A DNA stretch of 64,000 nucleotides from Opitutales bacterium (GTDB lineage Bacteria > Verrucomicrobiota > Verrucomicrobiia > Opitutales > PNEW01), in NCBI GenBank assembly GCA_965197745.1, contig CBDANS010000006.1, positions 416,001-480,000 on the forward strand. Direction: 5' to 3'. Shown one piece after another: positions 61,576 to 64,000 of this stretch. Under the pieces are notes generated by a model that was given only the letters and a program-made list of their open reading frames with translations, was not told where the DNA came from and searched no databases. Every line of letters begins with the position of its first letter. Within the stretch, counting starts at the first letter, position 1. Both the position numbers and the translations under genes were made by a program.

Positions 61576-62487
61576 TTAGCCATTAGCTTCCAACTCGTTA
61601 AATAACTTCAACGGTCTTTCAAGATACGCTTTTAAATCAAGCCGCTTGGACTCCCTCTCATCTCCACTTGATTGTCCATAACCTTCTCCAGCCATATTAA
61701 AGATTTCCTGTGTCGTGAACGGCATATAAAAAGCTATATAGCCGTTGTAGTTAATATCCTTCAGCGCTTTGATTATCGCCGGGTAATCTGCATGACCTGT
61801 TCCATGCTCTCGGTGATTCGTTTCATTCATGTGAAAGTGTTTGACCTTCTCACCTGCTGCCCGGATGGCCTCAGGTATAGACCCCTCGCCGACATTCATA
61901 TGAAAGATATCGGGTTGAATACCCAGATTTTTCATACCGGACTCCTCGATAATATCTAAGGCTTCATTAATCGTCGTCAAAACACCGGGATAGGCTTCGT
62001 AGCAGTTCAATGGTTCAAGGAGTATCGATATTCCGCGCTCTTCTGCGTAAGGACATATCTCCTGTAAGGCGTCGATAAAATTCTTTTTTAAAGTATCAAT
62101 GGGCAGCTTCGGAAAGGGAACCTGGTAAATCGGGGGCTGTGCCGCGCATATTTCGAAGAAGGTAGCACCCAGTTCGACCGAATAGTCTATCGCCTTCTTG
62201 GCATACTTAATTCCCCTTTCACGGGCTTCCTCGTTGTCGCCCGCCAGATCCCTGTCCTCGCCACCATGGAAATAAGCCCATGCCCCAAGGACTTCCGGAA
62301 CTTCCAACTCAAGCGTATCCATAATTCCACGCAATTGTTTTGTATCCGCTCTCTCCGGTGCGCCCGGTAAATCCGCCCCGTCATAACCTGCATCTTTTAT
62401 CGTCTTAAGTATCTCCTCGGGTTGCTCCAGAACGTCATAACCTAAAAAACCCAGGGTATCGCAAACAACTGTATATTTATATGCCAT
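61576..62487 (-). CDS. Xylose-isomerase-like TIM-barrel protein (paralog 3)
   Basis: EPLNCYE, QPDIFHMNVGE, HMNETNH..HGTGH, YNGYIAFYMP. Confidence 0.85.
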   Translation of the reverse strand: MAYKYTVVCDTLGFLGYDVLEQPEEILKTIKDAGYDGADLPGAPERADTKQLRGIMDTLELEVPEVLGAWAYFHGGEDRDLAGDNEEARERGIKYAKKAIDYSVELGATFFEICAAQPPIYQVPFPKLPIDTLKKNFIDALQEICPYAEERGISILLEPLNCYEAYPGVLTTINEALDIIEESGMKNLGIQPDIFHMNVGEGSIPEAIRAAGEKVKHFHMNETNHREHGTGHADYPAIIKALKDINYNGYIAFYMPFTTQEIFNMAGEGYGQSSGDERESKRLDLKAYLERPLKLFNELEANG

Positions 62488-62549
62488 GATATTATATCCT
62501 GACCTTCCTGCTCGATCTAATTAATAAATATATATTATACTCATTATTC

Positions 62550-62632
62550 CATCCCCGCATTTCCGCATTTTCGCTTACACCCATTCACGCATCCCCGATT
62601 ACACCCTTTTACCCGTTCACCCATTTTCCCAT
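62550..62632. repeat. Degenerate octamer-period pyrimidine-rich repeat, copy 2 (longer)
   Basis: catccccg-catttccg-cattttcg-cttacacc-cattcacg-catccccg-attacacc-cttttacc-cgttcacc-cattttcc. Confidence 0.7.
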
Positions 62633-63640
62633 TCACGCTTGCACTCTTTCCCGCATATCCCATTTGGGAACGACACCTTTGTTTGCGATCCATTTGGGAA
62701 GATACATTTTTGACATCCCGATAATGACCTCGACGCTGGTAGTATAGATTGCATCCGGGTAGTCATGGTGATAACCGCCTATATGTGGTGTAAAATTCAT
62801 ATTTTCGAATGTGAGATATTCATCATCGGGTTTAAGGGGGTGATTTTCCAGAACATCAAATGCCGCTGCTTTGATCCTTCCCTCTCGAAGGGTTTTCTTC
62901 AATGCTTCTTCATTTACAATCCCCGCTCTCGCACCATTGACGAGGACTGCATCCCGCCTCATTAATTGAAGTTCCTCTTTCCCGACGATCCCGCGGGTTT
63001 CTTTATTCAGCGGGCACACGGTCAATACATACTGCGAAACTTTCAACAGCTCGTTCAATTCCACCTTAATGCACCCCAGTGATTTAATCGTCTCCTCATC
63101 CAGATAGGGATCGAAAACACGGATATTCATATCAAATCCCGAAAGCTTTTTCGTGATCGCCTTGCCGATTCGCCCGAAACCGATAAGGCCCAGATCAGCT
63201 CCCGTAAATTGCCCGAGAGGTAAAGCTTCCTGGGCACTCCATATCCCACGACGAATTAACCGATCCTGTCGGGCTGTTTGCCGTACCGCGGTAAAGAGCA
63301 AAGTTATGATGTGATCGCTCGTCGGTTCCGTTGGATCATCCGGTGTGTGCGCGACAATAATTCCTCTATTCGTGCACGCATCGTGATCGATGTTATCGGT
63401 ACCACTCCCGCATTTGATGACCGAACCCATCTTTTTAAAGATCTCCATATTTTCTTCAACGACCAGTCCTTTTCGCGATGAAGTTAAAAACAGAACATCG
63501 GCATCGCTGGCATATTTTTCCAACTCCTCCCGGGTGTGGCAATCGTGGAATACATAATCAATGCCGGCCTTTTCAAACTTTTCTCTCACCCAGTCGGGCA
63601 CCGGGTGGCTGTCGTTCGCGATATGGGCAACTTTAAACAT
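62633..63640 (-). CDS. D-isomer-specific 2-hydroxyacid dehydrogenase
   Basis: G.DNID, GLIGFGRIG, FDPY, VNGARAG, FDV.E..P, TPHIGG. Confidence 0.92.
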   Translation of the reverse strand: MFKVAHIANDSHPVPDWVREKFEKAGIDYVFHDCHTREELEKYASDADVLFLTSSRKGLVVEENMEIFKKMGSVIKCGSGTDNIDHDACTNRGIIVAHTPDDPTEPTSDHIITLLFTAVRQTARQDRLIRRGIWSAQEALPLGQFTGADLGLIGFGRIGKAITKKLSGFDMNIRVFDPYLDEETIKSLGCIKVELNELLKVSQYVLTVCPLNKETRGIVGKEELQLMRRDAVLVNGARAGIVNEEALKKTLREGRIKAAAFDVLENHPLKPDDEYLTFENMNFTPHIGGYHHDYPDAIYTTSVEVIIGMSKMYLPKWIANKGVVPKWDMRERVQA

Positions 63641-64000
63641 CTACATGTCGATTCGATAAAGTGGATCCAGACCTTCAGCTACGCGGTCGCAGTTTGTAGC
63701 GGCGCAGACCGCGCGATTCCTCGCGGTGCCATCAGTGCCACCTGCAGTGTGCGGCAAGGCAAAAACATTGGGCAGCGCTAATACCGGCTCTGTCGGATCG
63801 ACCGGTTCTTTGGCGAAGACGTCAAGCCCGGCTCCGCCGATTTTATTTCCCAGTAATGCCTCGAATAAGGCGTCCTGATCAACAAGCCCACCACGGGCGA
63901 TATTAATAAGGCACGCCGTCGGTTTCATTAATGCAATCCGCTCGGCGCTAATTATTTTCTCGGTCTGCTTGTTGAGATGAAGATGGAGAGAAAGGTAATC
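63641..64000 (-). CDS. D-isomer-specific 2-hydroxyacid dehydrogenase (5' part outside the window)
   Basis: Frame is open to the window edge (DYLSLHLHLN...); INIARG, GLDVFAKEP, LPHTAG; stop abuts the next ATG (TAGATG). Confidence 0.9.
   Translation of the reverse strand, partial: DYLSLHLHLNKQTEKIISAERIALMKPTACLINIARGGLVDQDALFEALLGNKIGGAGLDVFAKEPVDPTEPVLALPNVFALPHTAGGTDGTARNRAVCAATNCDRVAEGLDPLYRIDM

Overview
A gene-dense bacterial chromosome segment, most likely Verrucomicrobiota (Opitutia-like; inferred from gene content, not proven). Left to right: a partial NhaC-family transporter, a TonB-dependent receptor, tatD, two convergent DUF3179-like proteins, a possible 6S-like RNA, a Fur-family regulator with sufC-sufB-sufD-sufT, and gmd-fcl-thiolase-sulfatase. 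Next comes a complete prokaryotic ubiquitin-like tagging/proteasome operon (arc-dop-ubact-prcB-prcA-pafA). Its 58-aa UBact modifier gene (21055..21231, ends RTGQ) is absent from the ORF track and was read by hand. Then follow an NlpI-like TPR protein, osmC-addB-addA, dppABC without ATPase genes, nadC-birA-coaX, a GldA/F/G-like ABC module with DUF4340 and AsmA-like genes, accB-accC-asp23-amaP, thiE, DUF445, TlpA and an MFS transporter. The window ends in an uncharacterised catabolic cluster with three paralogous TIM-barrel 'epimerases' that all have Tyr and His where the family's catalytic Glu and Arg are expected. No tRNA, rRNA, CRISPR array, integrase or transposase was seen. All family calls come from motif recognition by eye, with no database searches.
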